DNA from: Corallococcus coralloides
GTDB lineage: Bacteria; Myxococcota; Myxococcia; Myxococcales; Myxococcaceae
Length of the DNA: 64,000 nucleotides
NCBI RefSeq assembly: GCF_004104415.1
Contig: NZ_CP034669.1
Reading direction: 5' to 3' (one strand)
The translations under genes were made by a program, and so were the position numbers. Below the pieces are notes generated by a model that saw nothing but the letters and a program-made list of their open reading frames with translations, made no database searches and had not been told where the DNA came from. Below, piece by piece: positions 37,530-49,700 of this stretch (position 1 is its first letter; every line of letters begins with the position of its first letter).

Positions 37530-38858
37530 TCACGTGAACGTCCAGCGCAGCTTCTTGAGGCCGGCGCGCGCGTCGGCGTTGTCGGGATCCAGACGCGCGA
37601 CCTCCTCGAAGTGGTGCTTGGCCTGCTTCTTCTGCCCCGCCACCAGGAGCACCTGGGCCAGCAGCAGCTGGTAGTCCGCGCGCCCCGGCTTCAGCTCCAC
37701 CGCGCGCTGCGCGAGCTTCAGCACCTCATGTGCGTCCTGCGCCAGCTCCCGCCCCACGCGCGCCGCCTGGAAGGCCGCCTCCGGGTTGTCCCCGTTGAGC
37801 GACACGGCCAGCTTGTACGCGGCCTGCGCGCCGGAGAAGTCGCCGCGCATCTCCAGCTCCTGGCCGCGCTCCACCTCCGCCTGCGCGCGCGTCAGGTCGT
37901 GCTTGCGGCGCGCCTCCACCAGCAGCTGCGCGACCTCGCGGTTCTTCGGGTCCAGGCCCAGCACGTGGTTGAACTCCTGGTACGCCCGCTCGAAGTCCCC
38001 GCGCGCGGTGGCCGCCCTGCCCCGGGCGATGAGCTCCGTGAGCTTGTGGCTGCGCGCCATGTACGGGTGGCGCGCGAGGCGGGCCTGGCGCTCGGCGCGG
38101 CGGGCCTCGGACTCCGTGTCCTCCGGGGGCGGCGCGGCGGAAGGCGGCACGGTGGCGAACGCCCCCGACGGTGGCCGGGCGCCCGAAGCGGCCGGGGGCG
38201 ACACCGCCGAGAAGCCGCCGCCCGTCACCGTCCGAGGGGGCGCGGCGGCCGGAGGAGGCGTCGCCGGAGCGCGGGCGGGCGGGGCCGGGGGCGGCGTCGC
38301 GGGGGCGCGCGGCGGCTCCTGCCGGCTGAGGGCGTTGTGGGCGTCCGTGAGGCGCTTGAAGATGCGCTCCAGCCGGGCGCGGAAGCTGCCCAGGTTCTTG
38401 CCGAAGTAGCGGTCCGGGTGGAAGCGGCGGGACGCGTTGTAATACGCCTGCTTCACCTCCTGGGGACTGGCGCCCCGGGCCACGCCCAGCACCGCGTGGT
38501 GGTCCAGCTTCTCCAGCGAGCGCTCCATCTCGATGATGTCGCGCTTCTGGTCGGGCTCCAGGTCCACCTCCTCGGACAGGGCGGCGTCCACCACCGGGGC
38601 GACGGGCGGAGCGCGCTGCACGACGCGGGCGGGCACGATGGCCCCCTTGGCGCGCAGCGCCAGCAGCACGGCGATGGTGCGCGCCTCCCCCAGCGAGGAG
38701 CGGGACAGCACGGCGTCGATGCGCTCGACGCGGCCCACCAGCGCCAGCACGGAGCCCTCCTCCGGGCTGAGCTGGAGACGGGCCGGGTCCAGGTGGGGAA
38801 CCGTGGCGATGTGGTCGGTCCTGCCCCCCAGGCCGACGATGGGGTTGGGCGCGCTCAA
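37530..38858 (-). CDS. J-domain protein with C-terminal TPR repeats (dedicated co-chaperone)
   Basis: DHHAVLGVARGASPQEVKQAYYNASRRFHPDR J domain (HPD); Pro/Ala-rich linker; four or more TPR-like repeats at C-terminus. Confidence 0.8.
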   Translation of the reverse strand: MSAPNPIVGLGGRTDHIATVPHLDPARLQLSPEEGSVLALVGRVERIDAVLSRSSLGEARTIAVLLALRAKGAIVPARVVQRAPPVAPVVDAALSEEVDLEPDQKRDIIEMERSLEKLDHHAVLGVARGASPQEVKQAYYNASRRFHPDRYFGKNLGSFRARLERIFKRLTDAHNALSRQEPPRAPATPPPAPPARAPATPPPAAAPPRTVTGGGFSAVSPPAASGARPPSGAFATVPPSAAPPPEDTESEARRAERQARLARHPYMARSHKLTELIARGRAATARGDFERAYQEFNHVLGLDPKNREVAQLLVEARRKHDLTRAQAEVERGQELEMRGDFSGAQAAYKLAVSLNGDNPEAAFQAARVGRELAQDAHEVLKLAQRAVELKPGRADYQLLLAQVLLVAGQKKQAKHHFEEVARLDPDNADARAGLKKLRWTFT

Positions 38859-38950
38859 GATGTCAGTTCCGCGGGCTGGCGAATCCCCAAGTGTAGGTGT
38901 CCGGGAAGCAGGGCGTCAAACCTCCCGGCACCGCCAAACCGCTCCCCCTT

Positions 38951-40174
38951 CTACAGCGTGGAGAGGACACGCTGGAGGATGCCCAGCGCTTCGTCCAGCT
39001 CGGTCCGGGTGATGATGAGGGGCGGGGCGAACCGGAGCGTCACCTCTCCGGCGGAGTTCACCAGCAGGCCGGCGTCGCGCAGCTTCGCGATGACGGGGGC
39101 GGCCTCGCGGTCCAGCTCCACGCCCAACAGCAGCCCCTGCCCGCGCACGGCCTGGATGCGGCCCTCCGGCAGCGAGGCCTGGAGCGCTCGCGCGCCGGCG
39201 AGGAAGTGCTCCCCCTTGGCCTGCACCTCCGCCAGGAAGCCGGGCTGGCGCATCAGCCGCAGCACCACGTTGCCCGCGGCGGCGGACACCAGGTTGCCGC
39301 CGAAGGTGGAGCCGTGGGTGCCCGCGGAGAGGCTGCCCGCCAGCTCCTCGCGGCAGAGCATGGCGCCCATGGGCAGCCCGTTGCCCAGCGCCTTGGCGAT
39401 GCTGATGGCGTCCGGCCGGATGCCGTGGTGCATGAAGCCGAAGGGCTGGCCGGTGCGGCCCATGCCCGTCTGGACCTCGTCCACGAGCAGCAGCAGGCCC
39501 TGCTCGTCACAGAGGGCGCGCAGGCCCTGGAAGTAGCCCGGGGGCGCCATGCGCACGCCGCCCTCGCCCTGGATGGGCTCCACCAGGATGGCGGCGGTGG
39601 ACGGCCCCACGGCGCGGCGCACCGCCTCCAGGTCGCCGAACGGCAGGTGCCGGAAGCCCTGGGGCAGCGGCTCGAAGCCGGCGTGGTACTTCGGCTGGCC
39701 GGTGGCGGTGACGGTGGCCAGCGTGCGGCCGTGGAAGCTCTTCTCGAAGGTGAGGATCTCGAAGCGCTCGGGCTGGCCCCGGTCCTTCATCACCTTGCGG
39801 GTCAGCTTGATGAGGGCCTCGTTGGCCTCCGCGCCGGAGTTGCAGAAGAACGCGCGCGGCAGGCCCGCCCAGTCGGTGAGCTGCGCGGCCAGGTCTATCT
39901 GCGGCTGCGAGTAGAAGACGTTGGAGACGTGCCACAGCGTGTCCAACTGCGCCTTGGCCGCCGCGACCACCTCCGGGTGGCAGTGGCCCAGCGCGCACAC
40001 GGCGATGCCGCCGATGCAATCCAGGTACGCCTTGCCATCCGCGTCCCACACCCGCGTGCCCTGCCCGCGCACCAGGGCAATGGGTTGCTGCTTGTAGTTC
40101 TGCAGCAGGTGCTGCTTCGCCTTCTGGATGAGGCTCTCGTTACCAGGGGCGGATGCGGGGGACGGCGTTTGCAA
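38951..40174 (-). CDS. argD: acetylornithine aminotransferase (class III PLP aminotransferase)
   Basis: GxGxRVWD, FCNSGAEANE, LLLVDEVQTGMGRTG, THGSTFGGN motifs; start assigned to TTG at 40174 with upstream GAGAGAGG (start uncertain). Confidence 0.85.
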   Translation of the reverse strand: MQTPSPASAPGNESLIQKAKQHLLQNYKQQPIALVRGQGTRVWDADGKAYLDCIGGIAVCALGHCHPEVVAAAKAQLDTLWHVSNVFYSQPQIDLAAQLTDWAGLPRAFFCNSGAEANEALIKLTRKVMKDRGQPERFEILTFEKSFHGRTLATVTATGQPKYHAGFEPLPQGFRHLPFGDLEAVRRAVGPSTAAILVEPIQGEGGVRMAPPGYFQGLRALCDEQGLLLLVDEVQTGMGRTGQPFGFMHHGIRPDAISIAKALGNGLPMGAMLCREELAGSLSAGTHGSTFGGNLVSAAAGNVVLRLMRQPGFLAEVQAKGEHFLAGARALQASLPEGRIQAVRGQGLLLGVELDREAAPVIAKLRDAGLLVNSAGEVTLRFAPPLIITRTELDEALGILQRVLSTL

Positions 40175-40232
40175 GGTGGTGTACCTCTCTCTGCCTGATG
40201 ACGCGGTGGGACGACGCGCGGACCCTAGCGCG

Positions 40233-41630
<1,398 letters not shown>

Positions 41631-41642
41631 GGGGCGGTCCTC

Positions 41643-42170
41643 TCAGAGCTCTTCGTAGGAGACGTTGGCGTTGGTGTAGACGCAGATGTCCGCGGCGATG
41701 GCCATGGCCTGCGTGCAGATGTCACGGGCGGACAGGTTGGAGTGCGCCTGGAGGGCGCGCGCGGCGGCCAGGGCGTAGTGGCCCCCGCTGCCCACGGCGG
41801 CGATGCCATGGTCCGGTTCGATGACGTCACCCGCGCCGGACAGGATGAAGGTCTTCTCCTTGTCCGCGACGATGAGCAGCGCCTCCAGGCGGCGGAGGAA
41901 GCGGTCGGTGCGCCAGTCCTTGCCCAGCTCCACGCAGGCGCGGGCCAGGTTCTTCTGGTGCTCCTTGAGCTTGGCCTCGAAGCGCTCGAAGAGGGTGAAG
42001 GCGTCCGCGGTGCTGCCCGCGAAGCCGGCGAGCACCTGCCCCTCGCCCAGCTTGCGCACCTTGCGCGCCGTGTTCTTCATGATGGTCTTGTCGAGGCTGA
42101 CCTGGCCGTCGCCCGCGATGACGACCTTCCCGTCACGGCGGACGCAGAGGATGGTGGTTCCGTGGAACAT
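41643..42170 (-). CDS. hslV: ATP-dependent protease subunit HslV
   Basis: [25 protein letters not shown]-terminal Thr protease signature. Confidence 0.95.
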   Translation of the reverse strand: MFHGTTILCVRRDGKVVIAGDGQVSLDKTIMKNTARKVRKLGEGQVLAGFAGSTADAFTLFERFEAKLKEHQKNLARACVELGKDWRTDRFLRRLEALLIVADKEKTFILSGAGDVIEPDHGIAAVGSGGHYALAAARALQAHSNLSARDICTQAMAIAADICVYTNANVSYEEL

Positions 42171-42251
42171 GACTGGGGGTTTAACAAGACCGCCCGGCCG
42201 CGACCCACAAAAACCGCGCGGCTGTCCGCTCCCTCACCCTGCGCAGGGCGC

Positions 42252-42641
42252 TCAGGTCGCGGTCGCTTTCATCCAGCGGCCCACAAGCTTAACCAGAGCC
42301 GCTTTCTTCGCCTTCACCGTCTTCGCGTCCGGCAGCGTCACCACGCCCCGGTCCGGCGCCAGCCACTCCACCAGCCCGGAGTCGTCCTCGAAGGCGAAGC
42401 CCGTCGCGTCCTTCACCTTCGCGCCCCGGTGGAGGATGACCTGGAAGATGCCCTTGGGGGCCAGGCGGAACGTCACGCGGTCATCACCCGAGTGCACGAA
42501 GCTGGGGGCCTTCCACTTGATCCGCTCGGTGATGCTGTCGTCGGAGGCGAGGATGGCCGCGCGCACGGCTTGGATCTCCGCCTTCAGCGGGTGCTCGAGA
42601 TCCGCCATGAACTGCTCGACTTCGTCAGCGTGGTTCGCCAT
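42252..42641 (-). CDS. DUF1801 (YdhG-like) domain protein
   Basis: 129 aa from MANHADEVEQFMADLEHPLK...; family-typical ...KWKAPSF... block. Confidence 0.65.
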   Translation of the reverse strand: MANHADEVEQFMADLEHPLKAEIQAVRAAILASDDSITERIKWKAPSFVHSGDDRVTFRLAPKGIFQVILHRGAKVKDATGFAFEDDSGLVEWLAPDRGVVTLPDAKTVKAKKAALVKLVGRWMKATAT

Positions 42642-42687
42642 GGCCCGTCCTCCGTTCAAGCTTGCCGCAGGATGAGTTCCGCCCCAC

Positions 42688-43176
42688 TCATTCAAAGACA
42701 TGAATCAGGACCGCCACCTGACGCTCCCGGTCCTCCACCTCGCAACTCAACATCTGCGAGACGCCCGCCGGGAGCCGGATTTCGATCCCTTTCGCGCGAG
42801 ACGCATCTTCCACACTGTCAACGATGACGTAGGGTTCGGCTTGCACCCGGAAAGACACTCGTTCGACCACGGAGTGAAGACTCGAATCAAATTCGAGCGC
42901 AGTCTGGAGTAGGAGCACCTCGTCAGGAGCATATCTCCACCTGACAACCATCGGCCCCTCCGGCCGCGAGATGACGCAAGTGCGAAGGGGTTCATCAGCC
43001 AGGACCACTACGTCGCCCCAGTCCCGCTTGATAACCGCCGACGACGTATAAATCGAGCAAGCCTCATCATAGTCCTTCGTCTTGACGCCTTCCCACATCT
43101 TCGTCTTGGAAATGGGCAGCATGACGAATGGACCGCCCAATGACTCGATCCACTCACTTTGCTCGAACTTCATCAC
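42688..43176 (-). CDS. orphan immunity-like protein (second gene of low-GC cassette downstream of RHS toxin)
   Basis: 162 aa; GC about 53%; RBS GGAGTG; no signal peptide; position within Rhs-associated immunity cassette. Confidence 0.5.
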   Translation of the reverse strand: MMKFEQSEWIESLGGPFVMLPISKTKMWEGVKTKDYDEACSIYTSSAVIKRDWGDVVVLADEPLRTCVISRPEGPMVVRWRYAPDEVLLLQTALEFDSSLHSVVERVSFRVQAEPYVIVDSVEDASRAKGIEIRLPAGVSQMLSCEVEDRERQVAVLIHVFE

Positions 43177-43307
43177 TCAGTCACTCCTGCCCAACTCCGC
43201 CGAGGAACTGCCAGTCGCCGTCGTCGCGCGACACCAATAGAGCCCGATGCGTCCTCTGGAACACATGCGAACAGACGCAAGCCGGAGACTCAGCCTCACC
43301 CATGGAT

Positions 43308-43757
43308 TCAGTCCTGTCTCAGTATTGGCTCTTCGTAATCCGCGATGTCTCCAGACGCGACCGCTTCTTCCAGGTATCGCCGAACCTCCTTGAGCGATGC
43401 ATTTTCCGGCACGCTGAGGGCAATCAGTTGATAGGCCGGCAACGACTCGCTCGTGCATCCCAGCCGCTCCAGCGCGGACCTGATGTCAGCAGAATCGACA
43501 TCCTCGGGAACGACAATTCGAATCAACGAATTGTTCGACCTCCCTACGGTGGAGCGATACCAGAGCTGGCCATCCTCTTCAGCGACCTCAATCTCGTCAC
43601 CCAAGGTTGCGTCTCGAACGAAAAAGGGCGTGTTATCCAGGACAAATCGCCCGTTCCCGGATGAACGAGCCCAAAGGCTCTCCACGCCGACTGGAGGATA
43701 CCCATCCTCATCCTGCTCGAGGCGAAAGAAGATTTTCCTGATTTCACTCACGGCCAT
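43308..43757 (-). CDS. cognate immunity protein candidate for the RHS HNH-nuclease toxin
   Basis: 149 aa acidic protein; its ATG overlaps the toxin stop (ccATGgccgTGA = PWP* / MAV); low GC. Confidence 0.6.
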   Translation of the reverse strand: MAVSEIRKIFFRLEQDEDGYPPVGVESLWARSSGNGRFVLDNTPFFVRDATLGDEIEVAEEDGQLWYRSTVGRSNNSLIRIVVPEDVDSADIRSALERLGCTSESLPAYQLIALSVPENASLKEVRRYLEEAVASGDIADYEEPILRQD

Positions 43758-46700
43758 GGATATTTATCACCCTTCTCTCGATTACAATCCCGACACAGGA
43801 CCTGGCCATTCTCTGGCGACCCTTTTCCTCCCTTGGATTCAGGAATCACATGGTCAACTTGGGTTTCATTTCCAGGAGGTCTCACGCCTGACCGGCTCTG
43901 CTGTGAGGGTACTGTTGTAGTGCCGCAGTTTTCGCAAACGGTATCGCCTCCATTTCTGGCCCGATTCTCTTCGACGACTATATCTCTGCCTTTTCGCGTA
44001 AAAGACTTGCCGCTACGGTCCTTTGCTGACGAAAAGACTGCCAGCCCCTTCGTTGCATCAGCCACTCCCTCCGCCCCGACGACCAGCGAACCTGCAACCG
44101 CGGCGGCAGAAACAGCTGCGACAGGCACCCCCACTGCGGCGCCGACTCCTGTGAAGCTGATGGCGCCCCCTATCCCTTCGCCGGCAACTCCACCCACGAA
44201 CATGCCAGCGGCCGCGTAGAGCTCCATCAGGCTGACGGCCCCCATTCCGACACCATAACCACGGTAGAAGTCCTGGGTCTGATCCTCGGGAATCGGCAGC
44301 AGATGCCCTGCCGGGAGCAATCCCGCCATGACGCCCATCAGACCGCCCCCCAGCCCCTGGGTCAGCCGCGTCAGCAACACGTTGACCTCGTCGGGATGAT
44401 AGACGGTCGTTTCGAGCAACGTGATGGACTCGGTGATCTCACCACCCTTCGAATAATCCGTCGACCGGAGGTGACTCTGCTCCAGAGAGGTATAGGACTG
44501 ATCGCCGAAGCGGATCTCCATCGTAACGGGCTCGTAGTTCGGCGAGCGCTCGAAGAGGCCGGGCCCATAGCCTGATGCCGGGCTCCTGCTTACCGGCTCG
44601 GTCCAGTTACTGAAATCGCGGCCAATCTCCGCTCCGTACCAACTGTCGTAGTAGTAGATCAGCTCCATCGACATGAAGCCGGACGGGTCCGTGTAGCGCA
44701 GCGGGTTGTTCAACACATAGCTGTACCGGTTGAACGACTGCCCCCACAAAGGCGCCTGCACCACGGGATCCGGGCTCAGGAAGCGGCCCAGCCTTGGGTC
44801 GTAGATGCGCCCCCGCATGTTCACGAGCTCGAACTCCGAGTCCTGCTCGTGGCCCGTGAAGGAGTGCCGGACCTCGTGCGAGGCCCCCTGCCACTTCAGC
44901 GACAGGTCCAGCGGATGACGCCGCGCTCCGAACGGGTCGTACTTCATCCGGCCCACGACGAGGCCGGCATCGTCAGTCACCGACTCCGTGGAGCCCAGGT
45001 GATCCGAGTGCATGTAGCGCCACTGCTTCTTGATCGCCACGCCCGAAGCAGCCTCGACCCGCCAGGTCACCTCGGCAATCCCCCGCTCCGCCGCGCTCAC
45101 ATGGAATGAATGCGTGACGGCGCCCCCCGGCTCACGGCGCTCCTCGTAGAGACCACCGACATACGTGGTCATCGTCCCATCCGAGTGCCGCTTCACGGTC
45201 CGGGCGTTGTTCGCCGAGTACCGGTACGACACGCTCTGCTGACCGTCCATGATGCGGGAGGGAAGATGGAAGCCCGTGAACTCCACCGTCCGCCCCGGCG
45301 CGGACGTCTGGTTGCCGCTGGCGTCGTAGCCATAGCTCCCCGCCTGAGACCCCGTCAGCGCATGCGGCCCTGCCGGGCCGGCGCCATAGGTGAAAGTCTC
45401 GGACTCGCTCGCCCCCAGGGTGGAGGTCCAGCCCAGCAGGTTGCCCAGATCATCATACGAATAGGATTGGATGGTGTTGCGGCAGTTCTGGACGATGTTC
45501 CATTCGGTCAGCCGGTCCAATCCGTCATAGTGGAAGTCCTCGGTCGTCCTCGCGAGCCGATCATGCCGACTTCTGACATTTCCGTTCGGCTGGTACTCGT
45601 AGGCCAGCTGCTGGAGCGGAACCGTTCCCTTCTGGCTGTCAATGAAGCGCAGCCGGCCCATCGAATCGTAGAGCCGCTGTGTCACCACGCCATTGCCCAG
45701 GCTTTCGGACGTGAGCTGCCCCAGGGCGTTACGCTCCAACACCTTCCACTTCTCACTCAGCGTCTCTAGGTCCCGGACGCTCCGGAGATAGCCTTGAGAG
45801 GTGTATTCATAACCCAGGCGCAATCGCGTCCCCGCGACAGCAGGGTACTCCAGACTCAGTGACCGTCCGTAGGCGTCGTAGCTTCGGTCAATGGCATACG
45901 CGCGCCCCTCCACCAGCCATTGCTCCTGCGTGAGCCTGCCGAGGGTGTCATAGCCATAGGCCACGGCGATGTCGTCCGTGGTCGTCGCCGGATCTCCTTC
46001 ACGTACGCTGCCCATGAGCAGTCCAGGCATACTGGGTCCCTGGGCGGGGGTGTCCCACGTGAAGCGGTCGACTCCATCCCGGCTGCTGGTCACCGTGACC
46101 GGCCGGCCCAGCACATCCCGGACATAGGTCGTCACGACCTGTGACGCATCCTCGGTCCGATCAATCTCTCCCAGGGCCGTGTAGCGGGTGGTGGTCAGGC
46201 CCGAGTCCGGTGTTCGCAGCGAGGTCCGACGCCCGAGCCGGTCGTAGCCCAGGAGCGTTTCGTTCCCCTGGGGATCCAGCACCCGCTGGAGCTGTCCAAA
46301 GGGCCCATACTGATACGTCGACTCCAACCACGGCGCGGTGAACGCCGTCCGCTCCATGCTCTTGATGACCCGGCCATTCACGTCGTTCAAGAAGCGGCGG
46401 GAATTGCCGTTCTCATCGGTGGTGGTGACCTGGAACCCCTCGCGATAGCCGCGGTACCAGGCGCTCGACACCGACCCATCCGGATGGGTCGTCTTGAGCA
46501 GGCGGTTGAGCGGATCATACTGGTAGGCCGTCACCATGCCGGTGGCGCCCCCCTGCGGATCCGGATCGGTCACCTCCACCACCCGTCCCAGGGCATCGAA
46601 CTTCCTCGTGCTGATGGCCTGGGTGCCATTGAACGAGAGCCGGCTCGATCTTACGGACCGCCCCAGGCGGTCATAGTCGACGGTGACGGTCTGCCCTCCC

Positions 46701-49700
46701 GCGACGGACGTCGTCACACGGGTCGTGTAGGCCGTCCCGGCGATGAGCTGCGTGTAATGAACCTCCGTGTCCGACTGATCGGGCGCATCCTCTTTTCGCA
46801 GCCTGCCAAACCCGTCGTATTGCCAGCGCGTCTCGACCCCGCGCTCGTCACGGACTGCGGCCAGCACGCCCAGGCCTCGGTGGTACGCGAATTCCGTGAC
46901 ATGCCCGGCCGCATTGGTGATGGAGGCAGGAAGCCCCCGGTCAAAGGAGTCGTAGGTGATTTGGGTCACCCGGGGAGTCAGGATTCCCGCTCCGCTTCGC
47001 GTCACCCGCGAAGCAAGTCCGTCCCGGGTACGGCCGTAGGTCGTCGTCTGTTCCAGGTTCGGATCGCCTGGTTCGGAGGTCTCGCTCAGGAGGAAACCTG
47101 TCCAGGACTGATACGTCAGGGATTTGCGGCGGGTGACAGTCTGGCCATTGACCGTGCTGGACTCCGTCACCAGGGTCGGCAAACCCACGAGCCAACTTGA
47201 GGGGGAGTTGGAATACTCCGCATGCCATGCGACCTGGTCGCCCCCCACGGTGCTCTGCGTCTTGTCCGTGAGGTTGCCGTAGGTGTCGTCATAGGTCCAT
47301 GAAGTCTGCGTGGTCCGCACGAACGCGGAGGCTGCATTCGGACCAGCCTCGGTAGCGTAGTTCCTCTCAATCTCCGTCCCGTTCACCGGGAAGATGGAGA
47401 GCACCTTCGTGTACGAGACCGTCCCAGGCCGCAGCACCGACCGGTAATGGATCTCCCGCTCGCGCTCCGTGGTCCAGCCATCGAACTGGAGCCGGACACG
47501 CTCACGAATGGGTGTCGCGGCATAGGGATAGAAGGTGTCGACCCGCGTCGTGACGTCGTACTCGGTCCGGGTCTCCGTGCCGGCCTGCACGTCCTGCACC
47601 GTCATCGCCTTGAACCCCAGCCAGCCGCGGCCGGTGACGTCGAACCGTCCGTCCTCGTAGAAGTAGCGCTTGACTCGCACCGGATGCCCCTCCCCCGCGT
47701 CCGTCTGGCTTTCGGCCACCACCCAGTGTCCCTGTCGGGAACAGGTGTTGGGGTACCCGCAGTCCGTTCCGCGAGCATGAACCGTGGTGTCGGAGATGGG
47801 CTTATAGGTGAAGGTGGTGCCGGAGTTCATGCTGTCCTTCACCCCCTTGAGCAGCCCGGGGCGCTGACCATTCTGGCGGTAGACAACCAGCTGGCCATTC
47901 ACGGGCTGGACGAAGTCCGCCAGTCCGTCTCCATTCATGTCCAGCACCTGGGAGAGCTGATTGCGTCGCGTCCCGGCCTCGTCCGACACGGTGATGGCCG
48001 CGAGTTCCTGGGGATCGAAGGAGGTGCCGTTCGACAACAGCAGGACGAATTTCGTCCGGTCCGAGCCCTTCTTGTCCATCAACAGCAGGTCCTGACGCCC
48101 GTCATGGTTGTAGTCGAGGACGCGGACGCCATTGTCATAGTCCCAGGAGCTGAACTTCGCGAAGGCGGGAAGTACCTGGGCCACTGGCGCGGCGAAGCCG
48201 TTGCCAGTGTTCATCATGATTTCAATGTCTCCCCCCGCCACTGGACTCAGGATGGCATCCGGCAGTCCATCCCCATTGATATCGGCGAAGAGGTAGACCT
48301 TCTCGTCGACGGTCGGCAGCAGCAGGGTCGTCTCCGTCTTGACGTAGACGCCATTGCGCTTCTCCAGCGCCCAGAGGCGATTCGACGCGCTGAGGACGAA
48401 TCCGGAGCTGTCCATCACCTTCCGCTCCATCAACAGGCTGCTCCGGGGCAAGCCATCCAGGTTGACCGCGTACTGGATGAAATCGTGCCACTCGCTCGCA
48501 CCGAGAGTGATGGGCTGGAAGGCCCACAGGGTTCCCTGGATGATGGGCCGGAAGGACAACTGCGGATGCCCATTGGGGCCATCCATGGTGATCTGGACAG
48601 GGTTCATCAGGCCGCTTCCGTCCAGATCCGCCAGGAACATCCTCCCGGAGGGTCCCGTGCCCGAGAGTGAGAACCCGTTGCTGCCCCCCACGTAGTTCAT
48701 CATCGTGCGGGGCGGCGTCACCTGACAGCCATCCTTCTTGACGATGCTGACGTCCAGCAGGCCATCCAGGTTGAAGTCGAACCAGCGGCCGTCTTCGCCG
48801 TCAGAGCTGTACCAGCAGGTTTCCGGAAGCACCGTGTTCACGGGCGCGGCGAAGGCGGTGCCGGTGCTCGAGCTGGTCCTCCACTTGTAGAAATACTGGG
48901 TGGACGCAGGGGCCCGGTAGATCAGGTCATCCAGTCCATCCCCATTGACGTCACCCGGCTGGAGGGTCGCGAACTCAGGAATGATGGACGCATCCGTGAT
49001 CTGGGTGTTCACGGTCGTGAAGCTGTTCGCGGGCTGGGTCCATTCGAAGGTCATGGGGCGCTTGCACTTGCCCCCCCCGTCGCATTCCTTGAGCGAGGAG
49101 AGCAGGCTCCTGTCACTGCCTGCCTCCTGGGCATAGGTGAACTCATAGGTCCGCAGCGTGACCTCCTGGCCAACTTCATCGGGCCCGCGCATCTGCAAGG
49201 ATTTGAGCCGTTGGCTGGACTTGATCTTGAAGCCGGCGACATAGGCCGTCCGGATGTCCTTCGCGGGCCGGGTGTCGTACGAAAAATTCACATGGCGCAG
49301 GGAGGCCTGCGCGGCATCCAAACTGCTTGTGTACGTAATGTGGCTCAACACCTGTTCATAGCTGTTGTCCGACGCGTCATACACGATCGGGCCGTAATGG
49401 AAGGCCACCACATTGTCAACGCGGTCGATGATGCTTGTCAGCCCCCAGGAGTACCGGCTCACCGCGGTGTCACGGGTGGTGGCATAGTCCTTTTCATATT
49501 GGGGCCGGACGGCAACGCGGTTTCCCTGAAAGACTGCGTTCGCCTCGATATTGCCGTAGTTGAGGATGCGGCCATCCTTGGCAAGGACGGTGAAAGACTT
49601 AGGACCGTTGGCGTCGGAGCTGTGCGACACGATCTTGGAGAACGTGTCCGTTTCCGTCCGGTACTCCGTGTTCGACGCGCCGTACTGACCATTCACCGCG

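Noticed and set aside
35025-39536. 1503-aa ORF on the plus strand spanning the Hsp70 operon
   Set aside because: Antisense to three recognisable minus-strand genes (Hsp70, J-domain protein, ArgD). It is a GC-driven open frame with no start context.
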